From NCBI GenBank assembly GCA_964444665.1, contig CAYUIE010000010.1, positions 13,554 through 77,553 of the forward strand: DNA of 64,000 nucleotides, in the 5' to 3' direction. The notes under the pieces were generated by a model. That model had not been told where the DNA came from and did no database searches. It saw nothing but the letters and a program-made list of their open reading frames with translations. Positions 27,927 through 38,092 of this stretch are shown here, piece after piece. Within the stretch, counting starts at the first letter, position 1. Every line of letters begins with the position of its first letter. Both the position numbers and the translations under genes were made by a program. Origin of the DNA: an uncultured Pirellulales bacterium (GTDB lineage: Bacteria > Planctomycetota > Phycisphaerae > Sedimentisphaerales > CAYZTY01).

Positions 27927-30900
27927 ATGGCAAGGAAAAAACTGAACAAAAAAGTTGCAATTATCGGCTCGTTGATTTTAGCCCTCTTTCTTGCGGGTGC
28001 AGTCGTGGTATTTCTTCGACTGACCCAGGACCCGAAGCAGTTTATCAAAGAAGGGGATATAGCTCGAGAAACAAAAGACTACAAAAATGCCCAACGCAGT
28101 TACCGCAAGGCCTTCGCTCTGGCAAAGGAGACGCCACTGCAGATAGAGATAGCCTTCAAGTTGGCCGACCTGTACATAGAAACGGATGAATGGATGAAAG
28201 CGGCCGGCCTCTGGAGCCGTGTTATTACACTGGACCCAAAGAATGTCAAGGCTCGCCAGACCCTGCTTGATTACATCTATGAAAGCGCCGAAAACGGCCT
28301 GTGGACACAGTGGAGGGTAGTAGAATCAAATTGCTCGGACTTTATAGACTTGCAACCCAATCCACAATTATTCTTCCGCAGGGGAAGAGCCCGTTTTGAA
28401 ATAGCGTCACGAGGGCAGACAACCGATCGCGAAAGGACCATAAATGAGGCAATAGAAGACCTGGAAAAAGCCCTCCAACTTGAACCGACTGATAGCGAGT
28501 CACATCGATATCTGGCAAAGGCAATTCTGGAAAAAGGCAATATTCTTTTTTCCAAAGGCTCTTTCAGTGAGGCAGATAAATCGATTGAAGAGGCAAAGCA
28601 ATCACTCAAACAAGCAATAAATGCTTTGCCTGATGAGCCTAAGTTATACACAGAGCTCATCACCGTAAAGATGCTTAACGTCGAGGAGCCTAATCAACGA
28701 GATGCCCTTGAGTCTGAGTATATGGCCCTTCTAGACAAATTTAGTTCCAGCCCGGAAGTTTATATCTCACTGTCACGGTTCTATATGGCCGACAGAAAAA
28801 AATTAGATAATGCCATTGAAGCTATCGAAAAAGCGCTGGAATTGGACCGTGAGAATGTGGACTACATTGTGTTTGCTTCTGAACTGTATTATCGTCGAGC
28901 ACTTCTCAATAATCAGGAGGTTGATGTCTATAAGGCAATGGAAGTTGCGGGAAACGCCCTCGATTCACCAAGTACACAGGATATCTCCGGGCCAAGAAGG
29001 TTTAAGAATAGAATGAACAGGCTCAGGCTAAATCTTTTCCTTGGAAATTGCTGGATTGAGCGGGCACTTGCAGCCAGTTCTCCGGATAAACAAAGTGAGA
29101 AAGAAGAATGGCTTGCCCGCGCCAGCAAAGCAGTTCATGAAATCCAGCAGATATACGGGAGCCGGGAGAATCCACAAGCCTTGATGTGGGAAGGAAGATT
29201 GGCCTTTGCCAAGGGACAAAGGAGAGACGGCATCAAGCAAATGTATGCTGCTTATGAGCAGTTAAAAACACAATTGGTAAGGGGGCACAATGTATATTTT
29301 GCTTACCTTTGTTATACGCTGGCCGGCATTTATAAAAGAGCGCCGGAAACCGGAGCCTGTGCAGACTTCCTGCGTATGGCGATAGAACATGGCCTTGCCC
29401 AATACAAGCCTGTCATTTTTCTCGATTATGCCGCCATTATGCTGAACCTGGGCCTTGAGTATCAGGTAATAAGGATAATAGATTTCTATGAAGATACTTT
29501 CTCCGTTAACGAAACAAGCTCATTGCTATATTCTCAGGCCTGTAACAAGGCTGGTCTTTTTGACAAGGCCGAAGAAAGACTGGCGAAGATGGACCCCACT
29601 AAACCCGATACTATCAGGATTAAACTGTCAACGATACTGGCGAAATTAAGGCGACATGTTGCAGCTATCACTAGTAAAACGGAAGAACCGTTAATGTCGC
29701 TGGAAGAGCAGCAAAGGGCCGAGGACTTAAAAAGTTTTCAACTGTCAGATGTCCAGGTCAAAAAGCTTTCAAACGACGGTGTTAAACTGATTGAAACATT
29801 GTTACAATCGGACCCGAATTATGTTGACGTACCAATGCTTTCGTCTGTTTGTAACTATTATGTTAACGAAGGCAACCTTAAGTATGCGAAGCAACTAATT
29901 GAGCAGTATCTGGGGCATTTTCCAGATAACACCAGTGCCCTTATCTATAAAGCACAACTCTACGAGCCGGAACCAAACAATATTTCACCCAAAAGACTAA
30001 ACCAGATAACGGAGGAAGTTTTGTCAACTACCGTTGATGAACTTCATCGTTATTTGAGCCTTGGTGTTTTTCACAAGGACGGTAATAGGCCCGACGAGGC
30101 CTCCGCTCAATACCAAAATGCTCTTGAAATAGACCCATGTAATTCAACGGCTATTCTCGGTCTTTTTGATATAGCAATGAAAAGTAGTGATTTTGAGACC
30201 GTCGAGGAGTTGGTCCAGACCACTCGACGTATTAACATCGACGGCTGTGACGGCCAGTACCTTGCCGGACGTCTTGCACTGGCGCGGCATCAGTTCAAAG
30301 ACGCGGTGGAGAAATTTAGTATTGCACTGAAAGAACGTCCCGTTTTTTCACAAGCTTACCTTTTCAGAAGCATCGCCCATCACTCACTTGGGAACATCCG
30401 GGAGGCAGTAGCCGATGTCAGTAAAGCCTCGACATTGAATCCTATGGATGGAAATATTGCAAGGCGTTTTGCCGGGATTCTATATGATCGCAGTCAGAAA
30501 CAGGGCACCGACATCTCGCCGAAGCAGTTCGAAGAGACACAGTCTGCCTTACTCAGAGCAGCGGCACTGAACCCGGGCGACACGAGACTGATAGGATTGT
30601 ACGCGATGTATATAAGTGAAAAAGAGCCGCTGAAGGCGCTGGCCTACAGACAGCGTATTCAAAAAATTGCTCCCAGTTTGCGAAACGCCTTAAATCTTGC
30701 AAATCTTGCCACAAACATTGCTATGGATGAAACAAATACCGAACAAAAACAGGCGCTGCTGGATATTGCCACTTCGGCATTTGAGCAGGCGCACAGTATG
30801 GATCCCGGCAGCAAAAGAGTCCTTCAAAGCTACGCCCGGTTTTATCGCCGTATCGGCGAGCCGGAAAAAGCCGAACAGCTTTTGGCCAAGGCACAGGATA

Positions 30901-32657
30901 AAAAATTGATGTGGAAGAATTATATAAGCACCAGCCAATTCGAAAAGGCTGGAGAGATACTGCAGCAGTTGTATCAGGCCGAACCCAACGATATTGACAC
31001 CGTAAAAGGACTTTTAGTTCTCGCAGAGAGAACAGGAGATAAAGAAGGAGTAATGCGATACTCGGACGAGGTTTTAAAAATCGAATCTACCACTGAAAAT
31101 TTCCTTTACCAGATTCAGGCTATGCTCCAGTTAGGAATTCTTGCAGAGGCCGGCAAGAAGCTTGAAAGCTTTAATGAGAAATATCCAGGTAACGAAGGGG
31201 GCATGCAGCTTCAAGCCCTTCTGGCTTTAAAAACGGGTCAGTTTAATAAGGCCTTGGAATTGACTAATAAAGTTCTTGAGATAAAGCCCAAAAACGATAA
31301 GGCCTGGCATCTGAGGGGAAGGCTGCATCATTTGATGGGAAATTATACTCAGGCCATCAGGGACCTGCAAAAAAGCAAGGCGCTTCACGATAGCCCTGAC
31401 GTTCGTATTCAACTGGCTAAAACCTGCCTTCGTTTAGGTCGAGCAGACGACGCTATAACGGAACTCAACACCGCACTGAATGACGAAAACGCTCCTGTCG
31501 AGACGAGGCGAATTCTCGAAGAAGTATACCTTGCGCTAGGTAGAACACAGGAATTGCTTAAGCTATACAATGAAACCATAAGGAAATATCCCGAAGACGT
31601 CGCCTGGCATAGTCGAGCCGCCAGTTTTATGACTAAAATACGAAACTTTGAACAGGCTGAGTGGCTTTATCTCAAGGCATGGCAAAATAGTCAAAGGTTC
31701 GGCGGTAACTTTGTCTCTCTTGATGGGTACCTGATGGCGCTAAAGTCTTCCAAAAAATATGACCGGTTGTTCAGATATGCCAGAAGATATATTGATAACG
31801 AAGCAACAGCACCAATAGCATTTGGTAGAATGGCTGAAGCAAAGGTTGAGACAGGTGACAAAGTTACAGCGGCCCAGTATTACCAAAATGCCCTGGAAAA
31901 AGCCGGTAATAACAGCACGCTTGTAATGGCAATATTGAATTCAATGCACTCAACGCTTGGCAAGAGTCAGACCGAAGCCTGGTGTCAGAACAAACTTCAG
32001 GCTGAGCCGGATTCATTTGTGGCCAATTTCACAATGTTCAGCATCCTGAATATGAGCGGCGAATACAATAAGGCTTTAGGCTACATTGATAAGTGTCTTC
32101 AGACACTACAGGACGACCCTAAGAAAGAGACATTTGTGACGCTTAAAGTTAATTGTCTACAAAGTGCATACGCGAGAACTTCCGATAATCAGTACCTTAT
32201 GACCGCTGTAAGTGAATACAAAAAGCTACTGGAAAAATCGCCGAATAATATAGGAGTCTTGAATAACCTGGCTTATATGCTGGCGGACAATAATCAGGAA
32301 TTGGATAAAGCGCTGGGATATGCTCAGCATGCTCATAATCTTATTCCGGATAGCCCTGATGTTATGGATACGTATGCTTTCGTACTTTATCAGAACGGCA
32401 AATATCAGCAGGCAACCGAGATCCAGCGTTCAGCTATTCAAATCTTCGAGCAAGGTCAGGCTGCGGCACCGCCGGAGACTTATTACCATCTTGGTATGAT
32501 AGTTGAAAAGCTGGGCGGATATACCGAGGCGCTTGCGGCATATAAACAGGCATTGCAACTGGGACAGGACAAACTGTCACCAAAAGATAAACAGAGTATA
32601 GAAGAAGCTGTTGAACAACTCACCGACAAAGTAGGAAATGAAGCAAGAACTGAATAA
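27927..32657 (+). CDS. Giant membrane-anchored TPR-repeat protein (1576 aa)
   Basis: N-terminal TM segment (VAIIGSLILALFLAGAVVVFL) followed by dozens of TPR-like units (for example YKNAQRSYRKAFAL, AIEDLEKALQLEPTDSESHRYLA, AIRDLQKSKALHD, ALAAYKQALQL). Confidence 0.85.
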   Translation: MARKKLNKKVAIIGSLILALFLAGAVVVFLRLTQDPKQFIKEGDIARETKDYKNAQRSYRKAFALAKETPLQIEIAFKLADLYIETDEWMKAAGLWSRVITLDPKNVKARQTLLDYIYESAENGLWTQWRVVESNCSDFIDLQPNPQLFFRRGRARFEIASRGQTTDRERTINEAIEDLEKALQLEPTDSESHRYLAKAILEKGNILFSKGSFSEADKSIEEAKQSLKQAINALPDEPKLYTELITVKMLNVEEPNQRDALESEYMALLDKFSSSPEVYISLSRFYMADRKKLDNAIEAIEKALELDRENVDYIVFASELYYRRALLNNQEVDVYKAMEVAGNALDSPSTQDISGPRRFKNRMNRLRLNLFLGNCWIERALAASSPDKQSEKEEWLARASKAVHEIQQIYGSRENPQALMWEGRLAFAKGQRRDGIKQMYAAYEQLKTQLVRGHNVYFAYLCYTLAGIYKRAPETGACADFLRMAIEHGLAQYKPVIFLDYAAIMLNLGLEYQVIRIIDFYEDTFSVNETSSLLYSQACNKAGLFDKAEERLAKMDPTKPDTIRIKLSTILAKLRRHVAAITSKTEEPLMSLEEQQRAEDLKSFQLSDVQVKKLSNDGVKLIETLLQSDPNYVDVPMLSSVCNYYVNEGNLKYAKQLIEQYLGHFPDNTSALIYKAQLYEPEPNNISPKRLNQITEEVLSTTVDELHRYLSLGVFHKDGNRPDEASAQYQNALEIDPCNSTAILGLFDIAMKSSDFETVEELVQTTRRINIDGCDGQYLAGRLALARHQFKDAVEKFSIALKERPVFSQAYLFRSIAHHSLGNIREAVADVSKASTLNPMDGNIARRFAGILYDRSQKQGTDISPKQFEETQSALLRAAALNPGDTRLIGLYAMYISEKEPLKALAYRQRIQKIAPSLRNALNLANLATNIAMDETNTEQKQALLDIATSAFEQAHSMDPGSKRVLQSYARFYRRIGEPEKAEQLLAKAQDKKLMWKNYISTSQFEKAGEILQQLYQAEPNDIDTVKGLLVLAERTGDKEGVMRYSDEVLKIESTTENFLYQIQAMLQLGILAEAGKKLESFNEKYPGNEGGMQLQALLALKTGQFNKALELTNKVLEIKPKNDKAWHLRGRLHHLMGNYTQAIRDLQKSKALHDSPDVRIQLAKTCLRLGRADDAITELNTALNDENAPVETRRILEEVYLALGRTQELLKLYNETIRKYPEDVAWHSRAASFMTKIRNFEQAEWLYLKAWQNSQRFGGNFVSLDGYLMALKSSKKYDRLFRYARRYIDNEATAPIAFGRMAEAKVETGDKVTAAQYYQNALEKAGNNSTLVMAILNSMHSTLGKSQTEAWCQNKLQAEPDSFVANFTMFSILNMSGEYNKALGYIDKCLQTLQDDPKKETFVTLKVNCLQSAYARTSDNQYLMTAVSEYKKLLEKSPNNIGVLNNLAYMLADNNQELDKALGYAQHAHNLIPDSPDVMDTYAFVLYQNGKYQQATEIQRSAIQIFEQGQAAAPPETYYHLGMIVEKLGGYTEALAAYKQALQLGQDKLSPKDKQSIEEAVEQLTDKVGNEARTE

Positions 32658-32717
32658 AATAAACCGCGAAAACGACTCCTTGTGTTCAGGCACTGTTGGA
32701 CGAAATGAATTTTTTCT

Positions 32718-34955
32718 GTGGAGTCTTTGGTAATGCAGCACCCGTCTCAAATAACAAGAAGCAGGAGCGCAGCTTTGGCAGGACCTCAGGCCGCCACTAA
32801 CGTTTTAACGCCGAAAGATATATTGACCATCCTGCTACGTCACGTCCTGTTGATTATTTCGATAACGTCCTTAGGAATGATAGGAGGAGGAATTATCTGG
32901 TTTCTTCTCAGCAAGTATTCTCCCAAGTATACTGCCACCACATACATTGAGGTTCTTGCGCCAACACAAATGGACCCGATGTTAATATCCGTACCGATAC
33001 CACAAAAAGATATTAGCTACCAGTTCCGTGTCTCAATGGCTGCCCTTATTAAACAACAAAGGACTCTGGAGGAATTGCTTCAGCGTGATAAAGTCAGGGA
33101 AACTAAATGGTTCAAACAATTTGACAATGAAATTGCCAAGTCCGTTGAAGATTTAGAAGGTAATTTGGGTGCTTATCCCCAAAAAGAAAGTCAGTATATC
33201 AAGATGGCAATGACGTGTGGAGACAAGAAAGAATCAGCCCTGATTGTCAACGAGATGGTGGATTTATTTATCTCTGAACGCCGGCATTCTGCGAGGGGTG
33301 GCATAGCCGGAAAGCTTTCAGAGCTTACCAAACAGTTGACTGATATTGAGCGCGATTTGCTGCGCGCTGAAGATGAACTGGATGACATCCGCAGACAGTC
33401 AGGACTCACCGGCCTAAGCAGCGACGATCAGTTTCGAAACATAATCCATATTAAGATGGCCGACCTGGAAATTCAACAAAGCGAGCTCATTATGGAGATG
33501 AAACAGTACGAGACCTCCCTATCGAGTCTCGAGGAACGTGCCAAGGGGCCGCTTACCGTAGAGGTAGAGCAACAAATTGAAAACGACCCCATTATGCTTG
33601 GGCTGGCCCAGCGTCTTACTTCGCTCGATGTAGAGCTTGCGAGAAAACTCACAAGGCTGGGTGAAAATCACAGAGAAGTCAAGGAAATTGAAGAAATGTC
33701 GAAGCATGCAAAAGAGGCCAGAAGAGTCAGGCAAACCGAGATTGGTGAGCAGACCCGGCAGGCGAACATTAGAAATATGCAGGACTATGTGACGGCTTTG
33801 GAAAACCAGTTGGAAGAGATGGATAAAATGCGAAAGGCTGCCGCTGCAGAACAGCGCGAACTTGACCGATACAAAGCCCTTTATGACCAGCGCACCGCCA
33901 TAAGAGACGAATTACAGAAAAGGCGCGATCAAATCAAAGGTCAGATTTCTAAATATCGTATAATGCACGAGGACCCTGAAACACCGAAAGTTCGAGCTAC
34001 CGCACCAGCTCCCGAACCTCTGACGAAGAGCTCACCGCAATTGAAGTTTTATCTTCCAATCAGCACGATGCTTGGTTTCTTTTTCGGGGTAGCACTTGCC
34101 TTTTTCATTGAAGTACTTAATGACTTGATTCGAACACCCAGTGATGTTGGCAAATATCTGCATATACCTCTTCTGGGAGTGATATGTCACGCCGACGAAG
34201 ACGAACAGACTGAAGGTGTTGATTTGTGTCATGTAGTGCGTCAGGCCCCTTATTCTATTATGAGCGAGTGTTACAGACAGCTTAGAACATACCTGAAGCT
34301 TGCCAGCTCTACCCAGGCTGCCAAGACATTGCTTGTGACCAGCGGTTCTCCAGGAGAGGGTAAGAGTTCTGTCGCGGTTAACCTTGCCACAACTTTCACT
34401 GCAGAAGACAAGGTGGTTCTGCTTATAGATGTCAATTTTAGGAAGCCCGCTTTTCTTAAAATGTTCCCACGGCAGTCGGCCGACAGTCTTGAACCCGGCA
34501 GGGCAGAGATTGGCTTGAGCAATCTGCTTACAGGCCACTGCACTTATGCCGATATCATAAGACACAGCGGTATCGAAGGGCTTGATATAATTGATTGCGG
34601 CCCACTGCCGGCCAATCCTACCGAGCTGCTCGGTAACAGCAGAATGAAACAGTTGCTCCAGGACCTTCGAGACAGTTACGATTATATTATACTCGATGGG
34701 CCGCCAGTCCTGCTGGTAAGTGATGCCAAACTGCTCGCAGCCCAGGTTGATAGCACGCTATTGGTATTAAATGCCACGATTACCAGACGAGGCGCCGCAC
34801 AGCGGACAATTCGTGAACTTAACGAATTAAATCACAACAGGCTTATCGGCTGCGTGCTTTTGGGTGTCAAGGCTTTGAAGGGCGGTTACTTCCAGAAACA
34901 GTTCCGTTCCTACCAGGATTACCAGAAGTCCCAGCTTGCCAGCGTAATTCAGTAA
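32718..34955 (+). CDS. Polysaccharide co-polymerase (Wzz) fused to BY-type tyrosine autokinase
   Basis: Two TM segments flank a long coiled-coil periplasmic domain. The C-terminal P-loop ATPase has Walker A (TSGSPGEGKSS), A' (VLLIDVNFRKP) and B (YIILDGPP). The tail has scattered Tyr residues (GGYFQKQFRSYQDYQ). Start is the GTG at 32718 or the ATG at 32733. Confidence 0.85.
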   Translation: MESLVMQHPSQITRSRSAALAGPQAATNVLTPKDILTILLRHVLLIISITSLGMIGGGIIWFLLSKYSPKYTATTYIEVLAPTQMDPMLISVPIPQKDISYQFRVSMAALIKQQRTLEELLQRDKVRETKWFKQFDNEIAKSVEDLEGNLGAYPQKESQYIKMAMTCGDKKESALIVNEMVDLFISERRHSARGGIAGKLSELTKQLTDIERDLLRAEDELDDIRRQSGLTGLSSDDQFRNIIHIKMADLEIQQSELIMEMKQYETSLSSLEERAKGPLTVEVEQQIENDPIMLGLAQRLTSLDVELARKLTRLGENHREVKEIEEMSKHAKEARRVRQTEIGEQTRQANIRNMQDYVTALENQLEEMDKMRKAAAAEQRELDRYKALYDQRTAIRDELQKRRDQIKGQISKYRIMHEDPETPKVRATAPAPEPLTKSSPQLKFYLPISTMLGFFFGVALAFFIEVLNDLIRTPSDVGKYLHIPLLGVICHADEDEQTEGVDLCHVVRQAPYSIMSECYRQLRTYLKLASSTQAAKTLLVTSGSPGEGKSSVAVNLATTFTAEDKVVLLIDVNFRKPAFLKMFPRQSADSLEPGRAEIGLSNLLTGHCTYADIIRHSGIEGLDIIDCGPLPANPTELLGNSRMKQLLQDLRDSYDYIILDGPPVLLVSDAKLLAAQVDSTLLVLNATITRRGAAQRTIRELNELNHNRLIGCVLLGVKALKGGYFQKQFRSYQDYQKSQLASVIQ

Positions 34956-35094
34956 AAACCGGTCGGTTCACTATGAGCTCGAGACCGAAAGCTTTCCATA
35001 TAAAAAATCTTAATAACTTCTCTGCTATCATCAGTTTTTGGCTTGCCCCAGGTAAGTAAATTTGGTTTGATGGAGGTTTTGTGAAAGGAATCCA

Positions 35095-36033
35095 GTGGAG
35101 AAATACCTGGTAACCGGTGGGGCCGGCTTCATCGGCTCTAACATTTGTCACAAACTGCTCGCACAAGGCTGTTTCGTCAGGATTATTGACAACCTGCTGA
35201 CCGGGAAGAAAGAAAATCTTGCCGACATCATCGAAAAAATCGATTTCATACAGGCCGATATGGGTGATTACGAGCTTGCCCGGGCCGCGATGGATGATGT
35301 TGACGTTGTCCTGCACCAGGGTGCTCTGCCATCAGTGCCGCGAAGCGTGGATGACCCGGCCGCAACGCATCAACACTGCCTTAACGCGACATTTACTCTT
35401 CTGTTGGCGGCTCGCGATGCCGGCATAAAACGTTTTGTGTATGCGTCGAGTTCCTCGGCTTACGGTGATACGCCGACTTTGCCAAAAATTGAGACTATCC
35501 AGCCTGAACCTCTTTCGCCTTATGCCGCCGCTAAACTCGCCGGCGAGTATTACTGTACCGTCTTCAGCAGGGTTTACGGCCTTGAGACAATTTCGCTTCG
35601 TTATTTTAACGTGTTTGGGCCACATCAGGACCCAACCAGCCAATATGCGGCTGCTATACCGGCCTTTGTGACCGCGATGCTGAAAGAAGTCCCGCCTACT
35701 ATCTACGGCGACGGAGAACAAAGCCGAGATTTCAGTTATATTGACAATGTCGTTGAGGCCAATTTACTTGCAGCAAGGGCAAAGAAAACATCCGGTGAAG
35801 TAATAAACATTGCCTGCGGCCAGGCCATAACTGTAAATGAGACCATTGACATAATAAACGAGCTGTTAGGCAAAAATATCAAGCCGATTTACACCGCACC
35901 TCGTCCCGGTGATGTAAAGCACTCGCTTGCGGATATTACTTTGGCTAAAAAGACAATTGGCTATGAATCCATCGTGCCATTCAAACAAGGCCTACAACGC
36001 TCAATAGACTGGTACGGTAACAATCTTTTATAA
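35095..36033 (+). CDS. NAD-dependent nucleotide-sugar epimerase/dehydratase (WbpP/TviC-like)
   Basis: VTGGAGFIGSN, SSSSAYG, YAAAKL (Y-x3-K) and RYFNVFGP. Confidence 0.9.
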   Translation: MEKYLVTGGAGFIGSNICHKLLAQGCFVRIIDNLLTGKKENLADIIEKIDFIQADMGDYELARAAMDDVDVVLHQGALPSVPRSVDDPAATHQHCLNATFTLLLAARDAGIKRFVYASSSSAYGDTPTLPKIETIQPEPLSPYAAAKLAGEYYCTVFSRVYGLETISLRYFNVFGPHQDPTSQYAAAIPAFVTAMLKEVPPTIYGDGEQSRDFSYIDNVVEANLLAARAKKTSGEVINIACGQAITVNETIDIINELLGKNIKPIYTAPRPGDVKHSLADITLAKKTIGYESIVPFKQGLQRSIDWYGNNLL

Positions 36034-36127
36034 CATGTACACGAATACGAAATGAAACATTCAACCATCATCGGCAAAATTCATGACTCTTTTTGAACAA
36101 ATGAAATTCAAAGAGGAATTATAAGCT

Positions 36128-37771
36128 ATGCTGAAGAAAGTTATCGTTATATTTTTGGCATTGGTAATTTTGGGCTGTGTTGCAATCGCGACAAACAGCG
36201 TGTTTCTTTATATTCTGTGCTTCGCGGCACTGGCAGTGGACATTTTTTTGGGGCTGTTAGTACTGGCGACGAAATGCGTCTGGAGGATTCTACCGGAAAA
36301 TTTCAGGAGACGTGAAAAAAACACAAACCGGCTTAATATAATCATTATCTTTTCTGTCGGCTTGTTCGTCTTCCTCAGAGAAATCCTCAATGAAAAATTC
36401 TTTTTTAGCGCTTCGGGATCTATCCGTTTACTGGGTAATACGCTGATACTGGTTTTTGTCATCTTTACCGCCTGGAGCTTAATAATACGAAGCAGCAAAA
36501 AAATTATAGTTGCAAGGGCCGGTGTATTTGTTTTGCTCATTGGATTAATGATACTAATCAATTCTTTAAAATCGGGCACAATTGAAAACGTCAGTCAAAT
36601 TGACAAACTCCGGTCAATCGGGTATGTCGGTTGGATTGATAAGGAAAAAGAAACAGACAAAAAAAAAGAGGGAGTGACGGTTTATGACAGCGAGTTAGCT
36701 CATAATGGCATAAACATTTATACGCCCGGAAAGTTGCCGATAGCATACTTAGTCGATATGGAGGGAAATGTTCTGCATAAATATAAATGGCCCGAGCAAA
36801 AAAGAATAACCTCTGCAGGATGGCAGCATGTGGAACTGTATGACAATGGTGATTTGATAGCGGTTCAGTGGGATGGTATGCTTATTAGGATGGATTGGAA
36901 TTCAAATATAACGTGGAAGAAGAAGATGCGCGCACACCATGATACTTCAATTGACGAGAACGGGAAAATATATGTATTGGGCAGAGAAGATAAAATAGTA
37001 TTTTGCCATTATATACCTGTGCCTATTGTTAGTGATTATATCGCGATTTTGACACCAGAGGGAAAAACAGTAAAGAAAATCCATGTTTATGACGTCGTGA
37101 AGGAGTATATTCCACTGCATAGAATTTCAAAGGTATACTGGTGGATTCTCAAGCCAGGCAATCTTAAGGTAATACTTTCTGACAAGTTAAGGAGGAATTA
37201 TGCCTGCAGGGCTATCGGTAGTGTTTTTGACTTCATGCATACTAACAATATTGAAATTATAGACAGGGATATTGACGGTCTTTGCAAAAGGGGAGATTAC
37301 TTAGTCTCAGTCCATGCGCTGGATTTAGTTGTGATTATAGACGCAGGAAAAGAAGAATTTATCTGGAGCTGGGGGCCGGGGGAGTTGGATGGACAGCATA
37401 ATCCTACTTTTCTGAAGAATGGAAATATATTGATTTTTGATAACGGCCGTCACAACCGTGATTTTTCACGCGTTATAGAGTTGAATCCCATATCAAAGAA
37501 AATTGAATGGGAGTACAAAACTGAGCCTCCCAAAAACTTTTTCTCCAGTACAAGGGGCAGTTGCCAAAGATTGCCGAACGATAATACACTCATTACCGAA
37601 AGTAATAGGTGCCATGTTTTCGAGGTAACGAAAGAGGGTAAGGTTGTATGGGAGTTTTATCCCCCTGATAAAAAATCTCAAAGCCGTAAAAGGGCGACAA
37701 TATATCGTATGACGCGAATCGACAGAGTAGAAGATTCCCCTCTTGAGCAACGAATTTCCAGGAATTTCTGA
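36128..37771 (+). CDS. Polytopic membrane protein with arylsulfotransferase (ASST)-like beta-propeller domain
   Basis: Four to five N-terminal TM helices. The C-terminal domain carries ASST-family-like strings (AHHDTSIDENGKIYVL, FMHTNNIEII, DGQHNPTFLKNGNILIFDNG, VVWEFY). The gene is clearly more AT-rich than its neighbours. Confidence 0.6.
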   Translation: MLKKVIVIFLALVILGCVAIATNSVFLYILCFAALAVDIFLGLLVLATKCVWRILPENFRRREKNTNRLNIIIIFSVGLFVFLREILNEKFFFSASGSIRLLGNTLILVFVIFTAWSLIIRSSKKIIVARAGVFVLLIGLMILINSLKSGTIENVSQIDKLRSIGYVGWIDKEKETDKKKEGVTVYDSELAHNGINIYTPGKLPIAYLVDMEGNVLHKYKWPEQKRITSAGWQHVELYDNGDLIAVQWDGMLIRMDWNSNITWKKKMRAHHDTSIDENGKIYVLGREDKIVFCHYIPVPIVSDYIAILTPEGKTVKKIHVYDVVKEYIPLHRISKVYWWILKPGNLKVILSDKLRRNYACRAIGSVFDFMHTNNIEIIDRDIDGLCKRGDYLVSVHALDLVVIIDAGKEEFIWSWGPGELDGQHNPTFLKNGNILIFDNGRHNRDFSRVIELNPISKKIEWEYKTEPPKNFFSSTRGSCQRLPNDNTLITESNRCHVFEVTKEGKVVWEFYPPDKKSQSRKRATIYRMTRIDRVEDSPLEQRISRNF

Positions 37772-38092
37772 CGAAATTTGATTCCATTCTGTACGGTAAG
37801 GTCCGGGCACTTATTTCTCCGGATAGAATTCAAGTCCCAAAAAAACAGACCAGCCTATACATATCGCGACCAAGACCGATAAGAAATAAATTAGCAATAT
37901 ATAGCTTCAGACTGTTCACAAGTCTTGCTTGTAACTGATTCTATTCGAAAAAGTGTTCAATTTTTTTAACCGATATGTTTATACGCTTATATTTTTATCA
38001 GGGAAAAAAACAGCCACTTGCTGTATGTTCAAAAACCTTTTCGTTATCTTATTAAAATTGGGGGCCAACGACTATGAAGACCGTATAAAGAA

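Noticed and set aside
34032-34565. 177-aa minus-strand ORF inside the BY-kinase gene. Similar shadow ORFs occur at 39302-39889 (inside the HK) and 52075-52674 (inside treT).
   Set aside because: They are antisense to genes with Walker or H-box/GT4 motifs, and their composition is typical of shadow ORFs.
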